In this document: piece by piece, positions 27,386-39,200 of the stretch
Layout of the letters: each line of letters opens with the position of its first letter
Position numbering within the stretch: the stretch's first letter is position 1
Origin: a virus
Length of the DNA: 64,000 nucleotides
Strand: one strand, 5' to 3'
IMG/VR virus record: IMGVR_UViG_3300031823_000003
Coordinates: 1-64,000 of that record
The notes under the pieces: model-generated
Told to the model about the DNA's origin: nothing
Database searches by the model: none
What the model saw: only the letters and a program-made list of their open reading frames with translations
Program-made: the position numbers and the translations under genes

Positions 27386-28414
27386 TCACAGTCTCCCGAA
27401 TAGACGAACACCGGCACCAATGTTAACGACAGGTGGAGTACTGCCCGCACCTGAATTTACGGTATCAACCCCATTATTATTTACCACAACTACAGCAATC
27501 AGCGTGCTTCCGTCGAGACTGGGATTGGTTCCGCCAGCAAACGACAGCCGGCTGGTCCATAAATCAGAAGCAAAAGGTCCGGTGCGGAACAGCACACTTT
27601 GTCCTACTCGTCTGCTGTAGTAATACACTCCATTCAAGGATACAACTCCACCTGTAGCCGTGGCATTCGGCCCACTTTGATTAAACGTGAACGTCGGCGT
27701 CGATGTCGGCGCAACTAGTAATTGCTGCCCGTTGAACGATGGATCGGTAGCTCCGGAGATCACCACAGTCTCGCCGGGACCGAGAACATTGATACCGGTA
27801 GTTGATCCCGTGACCACGCCGCCCGCTCTGGTCATGGTGGCAATCCCGTAATTTGTCGGCAGGGTAAGCGAGTCATTGAACGTTGCGTAGGGTTCCTGGT
27901 GGCCGTCCACAAACTGATGAAATCCTGCGGTGATGGTGACAGGCACGAATCCACCGGACGGCGTGCCGGGGATCACAGCGGACGTATTGGACGTAGGAGC
28001 CACACCAATTACGGAATTGAGGAATGTTGAGTATCGTTCCTGCTGTACCCGGTCATTGATACGGCGATAGGACTGGAGCACCTGTTTGCCAAGCGCTTGG
28101 AATTGCGGCGCGAGCGCAGCGGCTCCAAAATTGGAGTTGGCAAATGCCAATGGGACTACATCGCCGTCGGTCTCCGGCATACCTACGTTACGGACCGGCT
28201 TACCTCCGAAGTTTGCGCCGGCTTTGAAATAGGGAGGTTCGCCGCCGTGGCCGAGGATGTAGTTCAGGAGTTGAGCGTGGTTCTGGATGATGTTGTTGAG
28301 CAGAGCCGGGTCTTTAAGATCGTCGGCGGTGAGAGTGATCTGTTGCAGAGGCGCAGGAGGAGACGATGATGGAGCCGATGGGGCAGCAGGAGGAGTGGTG
28401 GGGATGGTTGCCAT
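27386..28414 (-). CDS. Tail-associated structural protein
   Basis: 342 aa, beta-rich; follows the tail tubular gene. Confidence 0.6.
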   Translation of the reverse strand: MATIPTTPPAAPSAPSSSPPAPLQQITLTADDLKDPALLNNIIQNHAQLLNYILGHGGEPPYFKAGANFGGKPVRNVGMPETDGDVVPLAFANSNFGAAALAPQFQALGKQVLQSYRRINDRVQQERYSTFLNSVIGVAPTSNTSAVIPGTPSGGFVPVTITAGFHQFVDGHQEPYATFNDSLTLPTNYGIATMTRAGGVVTGSTTGINVLGPGETVVISGATDPSFNGQQLLVAPTSTPTFTFNQSGPNATATGGVVSLNGVYYYSRRVGQSVLFRTGPFASDLWTSRLSFAGGTNPSLDGSTLIAVVVVNNNGVDTVNSGAGSTPPVVNIGAGVRLFGRL

Positions 28415-28825
28415 CTATTTCCTCGATTTCGGGCGCGGACGCGGCACCTGACAGATTGGTTCCGGTGCACAGTCCCGCACTCGCTTGTCATGCCCAGCCT
28501 GAATAAAATCATCTTCATCGTCACTCAGCCGCATGACCATCTCCGGCCCGATCTCATGGGACTCGAAGTACTCGTTAAAGTGGACGTTGCAGGCATCCAT
28601 AACCACGCCTTCTGGTGTAAATATCCGGTAGACTACTTTCCACTTGCAGTACTTTTTGACAATGAAGTCCTGCGCGGCGGAATGAGTGCGGGTAGAGATT
28701 TTGTAGCATTGCAATGCGGGAATGGAGATGGGCACAGGTGCAGTCACGGGTTCAGCGCGGGGCAGAGATTTACCGTTCGATCGTTCGGCTACCGTAGCTG
28801 TGGCTGCACTCGCTCCCGCGCTCAT
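28415..28825 (-). CDS. Hypothetical protein
   Basis: Abuts both neighbours. Confidence 0.55.
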   Translation of the reverse strand: MSAGASAATATVAERSNGKSLPRAEPVTAPVPISIPALQCYKISTRTHSAAQDFIVKKYCKWKVVYRIFTPEGVVMDACNVHFNEYFESHEIGPEMVMRLSDDEDDFIQAGHDKRVRDCAPEPICQVPRPRPKSRK

Positions 28826-28827
28826 AG

Positions 28828-31800
28828 TTAACCCGACACCAGTTCGCTTCTCTGATAACCCTTCGATCCCGGCCCGATAACAGGTTTTTGTTCGACCACA
28901 ATTGGTGCCCAGATTTGCAGGTCGTTGTCCGCCGGATTAGGACTGGTACTTGCCATAATAACCCTGAACAGTCTTAGCTTCATAGCTGGCAAACGTTCCC
29001 GTACCGGGACTTCGATGCGATTGGGATTGGCCGGGAGAGTCAATGTGTAGTATGGCACACTCGATCCATCGGCGAAAAAGCTGACTACTACCGGGAGAGA
29101 TGCCGTGTAGTCGATGTAAATTTGTTTCACCAGCTTGGATTCATCGCTGCCCCACTTGACGAAGTATGAGTCATAAGTGGCGCGCTGTTCGGGTAGGACG
29201 GCAATTTCGATGTCAGCTTGGTAAATGATCGGCGCGGCGGTTACCGATCCTGTGATTACAAGGCTGGTGCGATAGGCTTCCACTCCATCGCCTGAGTTGA
29301 TATCGAACTGGTATTTGGTGCGGATAGTGCCGGTGAGCGTGCCCAGAGTGATCGGGGGTACTGAGCCGTTGTTGTCGTCGAACTGTAATTGGACGGTCAG
29401 GGTTTGATTGTTTGGATTTGCGTCTATCGCTAGGTTCTGGATTTGTTTCTGATTGTTCGGAGCGCCGAAGTCCAGAAATGGAGTCTGGAGATTAAGTGCA
29501 ATTGGTATCTTGACCAGTGCCCCGCCGACCCAGCCGCCGTCATCGTAATCCTTGGTAATATCCTCATAGACGATCGCCCAGCCGGATTGCGATCCCGCTG
29601 TGATTGGGATTGAATAGACGAGTTGATTGGTGTCTTCCTCAGCCAATATAGCGGTTGCCGCAACGTCGTCATTGCGCCAGCGTTTATAGGACTGGCTCCA
29701 GCGTAGCCTGTGCTGGTTGCCATCTATGCCCGTATACACAAATGTAACCGTATTGTTCTTGAACGCCGACACCACATTGCCCAGCAGCGACAGGTTGACC
29801 AGTGGCACCGGAGTCAGCGGATTGTTGCGGTACAGCCACTCGATAATCAGCGACCGATAATCCGCCAGACTTCCCGAAAACGCCCTTATACCGTCGAAAC
29901 TCTGTTCGTACACTTCGTTCTCTGTAATCGACCAGTCGAAACTCGCGGGCGATCCATGCTTCGATCCAGTGCTCTGCATGTATGGCGGCGATCCGGGGAA
30001 TACCTGATAGTGGGACGAAAATGTACGTACAAATATTGTGCCCCGGAAATTGTACACCGCGCTGATGGGGTCACTGGGTCCACCGGGACTGGGAATATAG
30101 TTCTGTGGCGGGCAGTTCTCCGGGTATCCGCGCGGAGTGTAGTAAAGCAGATGGGGATTGTTCGGGTCGCCCGCCAGCCAAGTTTGACCATAACCGGACG
30201 CTGCTAGATTGCATGCCACAGCAGGCTTCGAGAATACCTGTACCTGTTCGCCGATCGCATGCGGCAGGAATATGTAACAGGTGAACGTCCCGGTCCCGCC
30301 TGCCACGACAAATGCCTGCTCCAAGTTTTGTGGGGTGCCGATGACGACGATCTGGCCGACGAGGAATGTAGCGGTTGCGTTAGTGACATTGACAGTGACC
30401 AGCGTAGGAAAGTTTGTGCCAGCGGGAGCAGGAGCAAGCGCGCCTGTCAGTGTAGTCGCAATTGGATTCTGTAACGTGGATGTGACAGGCACGTCATTTT
30501 GTAGATTGAGAATGTTGCCTTGGCTCAGCGCGCTGTCAGGAAGAATGTACTGATAGCTGAATGTTCCTGTGCCCGTGACATTGGGGAATTGATCCGCATA
30601 ATACCAGTTATTGCCATAGAGTCCGCCGCGAGCGTAGACACGGACATGGGTGACACGCGGATTGGGCGAGTACTGGCCGCTTAGATTGATTGCCTGGCGC
30701 AGCGGGACCAGAGTGGACTCGCCCCCCGGATTCGACGGCGTAATCGAAAACATTGCCTCCCAGCACCCATTCGACTCCGTCATCGTAGTGGCGTCGTAAT
30801 ACGTGTACCGGAAATCGTATCCGACCCCGCCGTAGCTTGATGCACCCGCGTTTGTTCCTACACCTGATGCAGTCGGATTACCCTGAATATACAGCCCGTT
30901 AAACGCGATCGTCGTGGACCCCTGCGTGTTGGTGACTACCTGCACCTGCCATCCTGTGATCGCCGACCAGTCATTACCCGGCGTGCCCGCGTTGCCGACC
31001 GGCAGAAAGTCCCCCAGTTGCATGTAGATCACCGACCACGAACCTTGACCAGATGACATCTGCGACGGCTGGATTTGCGGCAGAGTGGGATCGTTGCCGG
31101 GGAGATTAGTAGGCTGACCCAACTGTTGCACGTTGGTGATCCCGGTGGCGAGAGAGAATACCTCATTGACCATCGCGGTGGTCGGATCGTTGGTTTGCGG
31201 GAGAGAGATATTCCCTTGGTAACTGACCGGGACGATTGTTTTCGAGTAGTAGTTTGCCGTATACCCGCTGCCATTGACATCGAATTGCACGCTGATCTGC
31301 TGCACGGCGGCGGGATTGGATACTTTCATCACCAGCACGATAAGGTCAGCGGGATTGTATTTGCCGAAATTGAGCGCGACGGTTTTGCCGACGTTGGTCG
31401 TGGAGTTAGAGGCGAAGGTGAACTGGACCTGCTTGAACACGAATGAGTCTGTCGGCGAATAAGCGTTGTTGAGCGCGACGATATCATAAGTGTTGTTGGC
31501 GCGATTAGTATTGAATTTGAGACGGAGAGCGGCGTCGGCCAGAGTGCCGGAGAGAGCGAGCATACCGTCGGGAGCGGCGGAATAAGAGAGAGTGGCATCG
31601 GTGTACTGGTCGTAGTTGCCCGATAATATGGGCGTGGCAGATGTACCCGCGACAGTGGCAGCGGTAGAGAGCACGCCGGATACGCCGTAGCCGGATGCGG
31701 ACTGGAACGAGTCAATCAGGGATATTTGCGGCGCGTACTGAATAGCGGTAATCGGGACTACCGGAGGAGCGATGCCGATAGAGGTAGGGGAGCCGGTACC

Positions 31801-32247
31801 ATTATCTTTGAGCGGATTGAGCGAGTCATAATGGAAAGTGAAGGGGGTAGCCGACCCAAAACACGTATTCACTAGAACCGAATATCGATTGCCACTAAGC
31901 CCAGAGGCAATTGCAGTATAGGGGCCTTGCGTGTCATTTGCTCTACGCCAAAGCGTACCATTAGAGAGCGCAGCGTACCTATAAGTGCTGCCGTTTAATC
32001 CCCGCATACGAGCCAACACCATAGGAGCCGAAGGTAAAAAATAATTTGTTCCAGATGGAGTACCGTCTGGCGATCTGTTGATAATAGTGCTGCCAAATCT
32101 GCTGCTTAGACCATTTTCCTCTCTCTCTAGAACACTATTCATATTCAAATAACAATGAGGTGGTGTTTGATCTGTGACGTTACGAGCAATAAGGCCAGTG
32201 CTCTTAAAAATCCACGATTTTGATTCGTATTTTGTATCGCTGGCCAT
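28828..32247 (-). CDS. Tail tubular/nozzle (P22 gp10 / T7 gp12-like) protein
   Basis: ~1139 aa, beta-propeller-like; LQTPFLDFGAPNNQKQI and KWGSDESKLVK segments; position in the module. Confidence 0.65.
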   Translation of the reverse strand: MASDTKYESKSWIFKSTGLIARNVTDQTPPHCYLNMNSVLEREENGLSSRFGSTIINRSPDGTPSGTNYFLPSAPMVLARMRGLNGSTYRYAALSNGTLWRRANDTQGPYTAIASGLSGNRYSVLVNTCFGSATPFTFHYDSLNPLKDNGTGSPTSIGIAPPVVPITAIQYAPQISLIDSFQSASGYGVSGVLSTAATVAGTSATPILSGNYDQYTDATLSYSAAPDGMLALSGTLADAALRLKFNTNRANNTYDIVALNNAYSPTDSFVFKQVQFTFASNSTTNVGKTVALNFGKYNPADLIVLVMKVSNPAAVQQISVQFDVNGSGYTANYYSKTIVPVSYQGNISLPQTNDPTTAMVNEVFSLATGITNVQQLGQPTNLPGNDPTLPQIQPSQMSSGQGSWSVIYMQLGDFLPVGNAGTPGNDWSAITGWQVQVVTNTQGSTTIAFNGLYIQGNPTASGVGTNAGASSYGGVGYDFRYTYYDATTMTESNGCWEAMFSITPSNPGGESTLVPLRQAINLSGQYSPNPRVTHVRVYARGGLYGNNWYYADQFPNVTGTGTFSYQYILPDSALSQGNILNLQNDVPVTSTLQNPIATTLTGALAPAPAGTNFPTLVTVNVTNATATFLVGQIVVIGTPQNLEQAFVVAGGTGTFTCYIFLPHAIGEQVQVFSKPAVACNLAASGYGQTWLAGDPNNPHLLYYTPRGYPENCPPQNYIPSPGGPSDPISAVYNFRGTIFVRTFSSHYQVFPGSPPYMQSTGSKHGSPASFDWSITENEVYEQSFDGIRAFSGSLADYRSLIIEWLYRNNPLTPVPLVNLSLLGNVVSAFKNNTVTFVYTGIDGNQHRLRWSQSYKRWRNDDVAATAILAEEDTNQLVYSIPITAGSQSGWAIVYEDITKDYDDGGWVGGALVKIPIALNLQTPFLDFGAPNNQKQIQNLAIDANPNNQTLTVQLQFDDNNGSVPPITLGTLTGTIRTKYQFDINSGDGVEAYRTSLVITGSVTAAPIIYQADIEIAVLPEQRATYDSYFVKWGSDESKLVKQIYIDYTASLPVVVSFFADGSSVPYYTLTLPANPNRIEVPVRERLPAMKLRLFRVIMASTSPNPADNDLQIWAPIVVEQKPVIGPGSKGYQRSELVSG

Positions 32248-32299
32248 GTTAAAATGATTCCAGTGCGGCCTGACCCGCACGTCCTATGGGAGTAGGAAC

Positions 32300-33043
32300 A
32301 TGCGCCTGAGTAAACAGGTTGTCAAGCCGCGATTCGATTCTAGCAACTATCGCACACACAAGGACAAGGATAATAATCGTTACAACGAATGCCCATCCTG
32401 TAAAGGCACAAAGCGAAAGGATGCCGAACTCTGCTGGAACTGCAAAATGTGGAGTCGGCGACCCCCAATAATCTATCGTACATTCGTAGTGAGTGGCGCG
32501 GCTTGTCGCCTTATTCCCCTTACTAGAGGTCAATACGCATTGGTATATAAAATTGACTATGAATGGCTGATGAAAAAGCCGTGGGTGGCCGCTTGGAATC
32601 CATCCACAGAAACATATTACGCAGTAACAGCTAACGATAATCCCGGCAAACCCGGCATAAGAATGAACGTACTCATTGCCGGAAAGGTTGGATATAGAGT
32701 CGTTCATCACCACAACCACGATACGCTGGATAATCGTCGGAGCAACCTTAAACCGTGTACACACTCGCAGAATTCTATGAGTCGTAAAATTCACTCCAAC
32801 AATACCAGTGGGTATAGAGGAGTGTCTTTTGATAAGTCTTCTGGCAAGTGGATGGTTCAAATTGGAACTGCCGGAAAAAGGAACCAAGGACGGTATAAGT
32901 CTGCCATAGAGGCTGCAAGACTGTATGACAAACTTGCGATAAAACTTTATGGGGAATTCGCCATGCTTAATTTTCCTGTTAAGCACACAACCCTCGTAAG
33001 GATAAAAATACTAGCGCGTATGGAACAACGAGTCCAAAACTGA
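32300..33043 (+). CDS. HNH-AP2 homing endonuclease
   Basis: HHNHDTLDNRRSNL..CT.SQN...NTSGYRGV...W..QI...EAARLYD...YGEFAMLNFP; inverted relative to the operon and AT-richer. Confidence 0.92.
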   Translation: MRLSKQVVKPRFDSSNYRTHKDKDNNRYNECPSCKGTKRKDAELCWNCKMWSRRPPIIYRTFVVSGAACRLIPLTRGQYALVYKIDYEWLMKKPWVAAWNPSTETYYAVTANDNPGKPGIRMNVLIAGKVGYRVVHHHNHDTLDNRRSNLKPCTHSQNSMSRKIHSNNTSGYRGVSFDKSSGKWMVQIGTAGKRNQGRYKSAIEAARLYDKLAIKLYGEFAMLNFPVKHTTLVRIKILARMEQRVQN

Positions 33044-33084
33044 GGTAGTCGTCCACTGTTATATCACGGTATTATTTTCGTCCT

Positions 33085-34239
33085 CTATTTGCGCCCTGCA
33101 CCCGCTATCTGTTGCTGGGATTGTCCGCCCATGCTGCCTGCCCATCCAGTCCAGCGCCGGGAGATAGCGACACCTCTGTCGTAGCGGGCCTTTGCATACG
33201 CCTGTAACTGTGGACTGCGTTGCTCGCCATCTTTGCTCCATGCGAATTCCAGCGCTTTGTATTTCACGTAGTGCAGCATTGGATCGGGTACCAAGAAACC
33301 ATCTGTCATAGCCAGCACATCGGTATCTCGAATAGAGCACAATATTTCTACAGGGAAATTAGACGACGGCTGGCCATTCAATCCAAAAGTATAAAGTCCA
33401 ACACGGTCCTCGTAAAAGGACGATAAGCGCGTGATGAACCGATCTCGCCAGAAAGGGTCCTGCATCGACAGTTCTTCCTGTGACACTTCGAGCAGCCTCA
33501 GCCACAGTCCCGCATATCCGCCGCCGCTGACACTTTCATTTGCTCCTGATTGCGAATATGTCCAGTGCGTAGAATCGACGATTGCGCCGACTGTGAATGC
33601 GCCATTGAACCCCGGATCAGGAGCTTGCAGTATGGCGAACTTTTCGCCGACAGTCATACCATGAGGGGATATGGACGCAGCGGTCACGGTGCCACCAGAG
33701 CGGGTGAGAGACGCGAGAGCGATATTCTGATAGGACGATGCGATGCGAGCTATGCTGACACTATCGCAGACGAGAGGTTGCAACACCTGCCCAACCTGCA
33801 CTGTCTGAGTGTTGAGCGCGTAGATCATCGGAACGTCCGTCAAAAAGGTATTCTGGGCGCGGGCAATGTACGACAGTATCTCGGACTGTGTGTAAAACTG
33901 ATCCCCTAATGCCGCTTGCGTAGGGAACGTGGCACCGATTAGTTGTACGCCGGATGCATGCGGTACCGAGAACGTGGCGGTGATCGTCGGCGGGACACTG
34001 GCGGCATTGAACGCTGTGACTGTGACGATCTCTTGGGAGAGGCCGATGTCAATGACAAGCTGAGCGCCGACATAAACGGCAGGCACGGGATAGCCCAGAG
34101 TCGGGACTTGAATCGTTGCCGGGCCGGGAGCGGCAACAGCAGAAGAGGTAGTAGTGTAGAGCCACGGTTCCACCAGCGCGAACCCAATCTCCAGCATCAT
34201 CGACCAGACGGTCCGGTAGCCCAAGCCGGGAAAGGCCAT
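33085..34239 (-). CDS. Head-tail adaptor / tail tubular A-like protein
   Basis: EILSYIARAQ...LHYVKYKAL.FAWSKDGE helical adaptor pattern with beta insertions. Confidence 0.6.
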   Translation of the reverse strand: MAFPGLGYRTVWSMMLEIGFALVEPWLYTTTSSAVAAPGPATIQVPTLGYPVPAVYVGAQLVIDIGLSQEIVTVTAFNAASVPPTITATFSVPHASGVQLIGATFPTQAALGDQFYTQSEILSYIARAQNTFLTDVPMIYALNTQTVQVGQVLQPLVCDSVSIARIASSYQNIALASLTRSGGTVTAASISPHGMTVGEKFAILQAPDPGFNGAFTVGAIVDSTHWTYSQSGANESVSGGGYAGLWLRLLEVSQEELSMQDPFWRDRFITRLSSFYEDRVGLYTFGLNGQPSSNFPVEILCSIRDTDVLAMTDGFLVPDPMLHYVKYKALEFAWSKDGEQRSPQLQAYAKARYDRGVAISRRWTGWAGSMGGQSQQQIAGAGRK

Positions 34240-34251
34240 ACGCTGAGAGTA

Positions 34252-34641
34252 TTACACAGCGGCAGGCACAGGTGCTACAGTTTGCTTCGCCTGCTCCGTG
34301 TCGGCTTCATCATCGTCTTTCCAATCAGCGGGCTGGTTGACTGCAAAGTATCCCGTCGAGCCACACGGGTTGCAGGCGGAATGATGCGGGACATCCCCGC
34401 CACCGAATGCCGCTGCCGATCCCTTATAGATGCCGTCGCCGCCACAGTTCGTGCAGATGGCAACGAATCCCCGGCCAAGGCAGACTGTGCATGCCCGCCC
34501 CAGTGTCATACGCTCGGCGCGCACGGCATCGGCGACAGCGGATGGACGGTTGCCGAGAGCACATTGCGGGCAACGGGAAATTTTGCCGCGATATTTTCGG
34601 AGGTCCAAAGTATTGTCATTGATTTGAAGCACGGTGGTCAC
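34252..34641 (-). CDS. DnaJ-type CxxCxGxG Zn-finger protein
   Basis: CTVCLGRG, CTNCGGDG, CNPCGSTG. Confidence 0.75.
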   Translation of the reverse strand: MTTVLQINDNTLDLRKYRGKISRCPQCALGNRPSAVADAVRAERMTLGRACTVCLGRGFVAICTNCGGDGIYKGSAAAFGGGDVPHHSACNPCGSTGYFAVNQPADWKDDDEADTEQAKQTVAPVPAAV

Positions 34642-34790
34642 CTCATTTTATCGGACGGATATGCCCGGCTCCATCTCCCGGTCGGGCACTTCACCCACCA
34701 TCCGTCAGCGCGTTCAACATAAACATGCTTATGCTGAAAACATTGACGGCACAGCGGGCATTGATACTCTTCGGTGTGTTCACAAGCCAT
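34638..34790 (-). CDS. Small Cys/His peptide
   Basis: MACEH...CPLCRQC...WWVKCP. Confidence 0.4.
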   Translation of the reverse strand: MACEHTEEYQCPLCRQCFQHKHVYVERADGWWVKCPTGRWSRAYPSDKMR

Positions 34791-35170
34791 AAGTACCAAT
34801 CGAATTGAAATCGAACCTGCGGGCCGTTCCAAGCTGGATGCCATTGCAAGTGGTTCCGTTTCCAGCGGATAGCACCAAGCATACCGAGCGAAGGCGAAGC
34901 TAAGGAATACCGGGGCCGAGACAGTGTGCGTGTCTTAACACGTAGTAACCCCCTCCGCTTCTTTCTCCCGATGATTCGACCCGACCGTCCCTGCTCCAGA
35001 CGGCCAGCACCCTACGGCCCGCATATTCAGCAGAGTCACGATTATGCCACGCTCTTGTCGGCGGCTTTGTACCCGGTTTTCGCTAGGCTACGAGGTTCCT
35101 TGTCCCTCATGGGGATTTGACCCCAATTCGACAGTGTTTCTCGCCGGTTGTTGGTGAGACCGTCGCTCCT

Positions 35171-36220
35171 CTACCGTTTGACGATTTGATTCGTCCCGGC
35201 CATTATACCGAAGTCACGACTAAAGACGAGATTATCTCGTCTATCCTGTATTTCGCTCATTCTTGCCGCGATCTGATAGAACTCCGCGAGCATCGGCAGA
35301 GCGTTATGTAGCTCGGAAGTCCCCTCTTTTAGCCTGAGTAGAACGCTGGCATACATCTCCAAAGCCTGAAAATAGTTATGCTCGAACGGGACAGTTTCCG
35401 CACCTGTATACGGAAATGGCGCAGCAACCGGATAGGCGACGGCGTTGACCGCTACTTGTTGCGTGGCATTGGCTGCCGGATGCACCACGAATATATTCAG
35501 TCCGATCGGTGCCCAGCGAACAGGGGTGCTCGCTGAGTCGCATTCCCAGTCAGACCCGGACGCAAACTGCTCATAGTCTAAACTGAATAGGCTGACCTTT
35601 CTCAGCGGCGACTGCGGCCCATACACATCGGTCAATGCGAGCATTCCTTTCGGCAGGTATTGCCAGACGCTATTCGGATTGAGATTGAATATCGACTGCA
35701 CGATCATCGTGGGACGACCCACTAACAACATAAGTTCATTGAGCGCTTCAACGATTGCTGTGAAAATTTCCAGTTGCAGATTCCAGAACACGGGCGGGTT
35801 GCTCTCTTCCAGCCGCTGAATAACGTTCTGCGCGAGCACGCTGATCGGCACATTACAACTGGCATTCGCTGGAGTTGCCAGTCCCGACTGCATGATGCCG
35901 TTGGCAAACTGGATGAAATACACAACTGCATTAGGCGCACTCACTAACAGTTGCGTCGGCAGTCCCGATACCGTTGGCGATACCGGGTCAACATGCAACA
36001 CTCCCTGCATACCGCCAGATTGAGATGGACTTGGCAGCACGACCAGATGCCAAGTGGTGCCTGTCACCGCATCGTTAATCAGCATCCCCGGCAGGGCGCT
36101 AAATCCCGCTGCCGGAGATAATCCTGTGGTCGTGACGATGCCATTGTTTGACACCCCGATCAGCCATGTAGTGCCATCAAGAGCTTGCAGATACGTCGGA
36201 TTAGGGATAGGGATGCTCAT
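35171..36220 (-). CDS. Second adaptor-like structural protein
   Basis: C-terminal half RLEE...FW...EI..AI.EA...VPF..NY.QAL.MYA resembles head-tail connectors. Confidence 0.55.
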   Translation of the reverse strand: MSIPIPNPTYLQALDGTTWLIGVSNNGIVTTTGLSPAAGFSALPGMLINDAVTGTTWHLVVLPSPSQSGGMQGVLHVDPVSPTVSGLPTQLLVSAPNAVVYFIQFANGIMQSGLATPANASCNVPISVLAQNVIQRLEESNPPVFWNLQLEIFTAIVEALNELMLLVGRPTMIVQSIFNLNPNSVWQYLPKGMLALTDVYGPQSPLRKVSLFSLDYEQFASGSDWECDSASTPVRWAPIGLNIFVVHPAANATQQVAVNAVAYPVAAPFPYTGAETVPFEHNYFQALEMYASVLLRLKEGTSELHNALPMLAEFYQIAARMSEIQDRRDNLVFSRDFGIMAGTNQIVKR

Positions 36221-36232
36221 GCCAGCGTGATT

Positions 36233-39200
36233 CTAGTGATCCGTCCAAGTCTCAATCCATCCGAAATCCGCCTGCGCCGCCACGCTGGCGCTGCCGTTGT
36301 TGGTGATGAACTCTCCGGCGCGCAGAGTCGCTGTAGGCAGAGTCGTAGTGATCGGCGAGCTACATTTCGATACGCCGTCGATGTAGAAGTACCACTTGGA
36401 GTTCGCCGTGTCTTCGCGGATATCAAACACATGCGGCGTGCCCGCTACCACGGCAACGCCGCTATCAACTTGAGTCTGGGTTCCAGTCCCGCCAGCATTG
36501 GTGGTACATAGAAAATCAGTCGAACTAACTGCGCTGGTAGACGAGTAGGTGAAAGCCGCGCAGTGAAACGTCGAGCAGGTATCCGTACCGCCTATATTCG
36601 CGGTAGTTGTGTTCGTGAATCCCAGCCACCAGCGTGTGGTTGCTAGAGTGCCTACCGCCGCATAGGCATTGAACCAGATGTTCACGGCTCCCGGTATGTA
36701 GACGGCTGACCCGTTGACGTTGGATACGTTTCCGTTTGTAACAGTAGTCAGGCAGGCCAGCATCTGACTGGCTGTGGATGTCGGCACAATAGCGCTGGAA
36801 GTCGAGCAAGTGATAGCCAGCGCATCATTGTTCAAGAGAACCGAAGAGGTTGCCGCGCCGCCCGCATATGTCGTCCAGCGATGGTAGCGCAGCGCCTGCG
36901 ATCCCGGCATGTAATACATGCCGTTCAGCGTGCCGTTCTGGGAAATCACGCGGTTATTGGAGACTGTGGCTTCCACTGAGTTGCCAGCGACGCTGGCTGC
37001 CGGGAGCGCGTTCAATGGGCTGTTGGTCAGTGTGTCTGTGAAAGTGTTGACCCCGGAGCCGCCGACCAAGGCAGTGCCCCACTGGCCGGTGACTGAGGGC
37101 GCACCCGTCGCCGTGCTCCATGTCCATTTGAGATCGAACGTATGAGCGATTGTGGTGTTGATCGCTGTAGTACCAGAAACCGCTAGCGACCCGCCATTTA
37201 ACGTAATGGTGGTTGTGTTCGTGGGCAGCAGTTGCACCGGGCAGCCAAACGCATATGTCCCGCTGACGCCCGCCGTGTAAGTGGTCAACTGGCACTGCAC
37301 CGACCAGCTGCCATTGGTGACCGCAGTGCTGGGAACAGAGAACGCTCCCGTGGTGGCGATCTGTGCGCCATCGACGAACGCAGCAATGGTTACTGTGCCC
37401 GTATAAGAGGCTGGCAAAGTATAAATGCCTCCGATGTCTATGTTGAGCGGGGAAGTGGCGACCAAGTTACCGGCGGGGATTGTCTGTGCGCCGCCCAGCA
37501 TGGAAGTTGCAGTCGTACCTGTATTGGTAGTCGCGATAGTGACATTGAACGCGGAAGAACCGATGCCGATTATCGCGCATCCCGAACAGGACGTGACCGT
37601 AAGAGCGCCCATCTTGACGTTGCCGCTGGTGTTACCCTGCGCACCGTTGCCGATGTCGAGAGTCCCGGCGGATTCGCGTGAGATGCCCACGTCATTGACT
37701 CCGCTGCCGTTCGTCCAACCCAGCACTCCGCTGGTCGTGATATTGCTGTCAAACACTGTCCCCGGCCCCGACTGGTCGCCGGCGTAGGTGACATCGAAGT
37801 CCCATTGGGAAGCGGAGTCCAGGAAATAGATATTCCCGGTGATGTTGTTGTTGAATACTTCCGTGCAGTGATGGCCCCCGTTGATCCGGCCTGCGACATG
37901 CATGCGGCCCTGGTTATTGGCGACTGTGTGGTAGAGGCCGATACAGTCCGCGACGGCTGGCCCGACGTTCCATGCCAGGTTGGGCGCTTCCAGATTGCGC
38001 ACGTTCTGCACCGCCATGTACTCGGAACCGGGCTGCTGCGCGGCGTTGCCTTCGATATAGCTGTTGTCGATGTGGATGTTGTTAAGCGTGCTGCCGCGTC
38101 CGGCTGCGCCATTGAGATCAATAAAGCAGCCGTTGCCGCCGACGCATCCCCAGTGGGCGCTACCCGTGGTGGTAATCGGCCATCCGGCGACTGTGGTGAC
38201 ATAGAGCACGGTGGATGTGGGATCGACAGCCAAAGAACTGCAACCCAGATAGGATGGCCCACATATCGTGGCCGCGACGCCATTTACCCAGAATAATTCC
38301 CCGGTGTGAGCGGTATTGAAATTAAAAGTCGAACCGCCGTTGAGCGTAACCTGATTGCAGTTCGTGCCACAGTTGACGGTAGTGACCTTTTCCGTCATCG
38401 TTACGCCGCACATGGTCACACCGTCGAACACGCCCATACAGCCGTCGCCGCCATTCAGGTTGGTAAATACATATCCATCCCCGGAACCGCCCGCTCCTCC
38501 GAACACCGCGTAGTCGATGGAGTTGACCTTGCCGCCGGAATAGGACTTTGAGTTGTCAAGGCGCACGTTGTTGTTGTCTGCGACTGACCCGCTGGTGGCG
38601 TCTTCAAAGGTCCAATTGATTGTATTGGCGATGCCTTGGATATTGACGTTACGGATGTCTGTATTGCCCTCGACGGCGTTGATGCACACGATTCCGCAGG
38701 TGATGACTGACGTGTTGGTGGGCGCGATCTGCAAGCCGCTCATGTTGAATGAGGTTTGCAGGCCGGTGGTGACGGAATTGGTGATGACGGCGGTGCCGGT
38801 GAAGCCGATGGTGGTGGTGATAAGAGTGCCCGAGCTTAGATTTCCTGGCGAGTAACCGACTAGATTTCCGTTTTGCCCGATGGAGAAACAGGCGCCAGCC
38901 GTAGTGTTACATTGAATATTAGCACCATGCAGATACATCGTGACCGACTGCGTTGTAGAACCGATGACCACATTCGTGGCCGTAACAGGCGTAGAAGAGA
39001 GCGGAGCATCAATATGAACGTTGCAGGGCAGCGTGGGAGTAATATTGCATAGTGCCTGCATGGAATCAACCGTGAAGCCGGGGAAGAGAACAGAGTGAAA
39101 CTCCGGAATCTGCGTTTTAAGCCCGCCCACCCCACCGCCGATCGGCTTCCCCTGCGTGAGGGTAGTATTCGTTTCAGGCACAGTGAGCGTCTCACCCGAG

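Noticed and set aside
32249-32986. 245-aa minus-strand ORF
   Set aside because: Antisense shadow of the HNH-AP2 gene.
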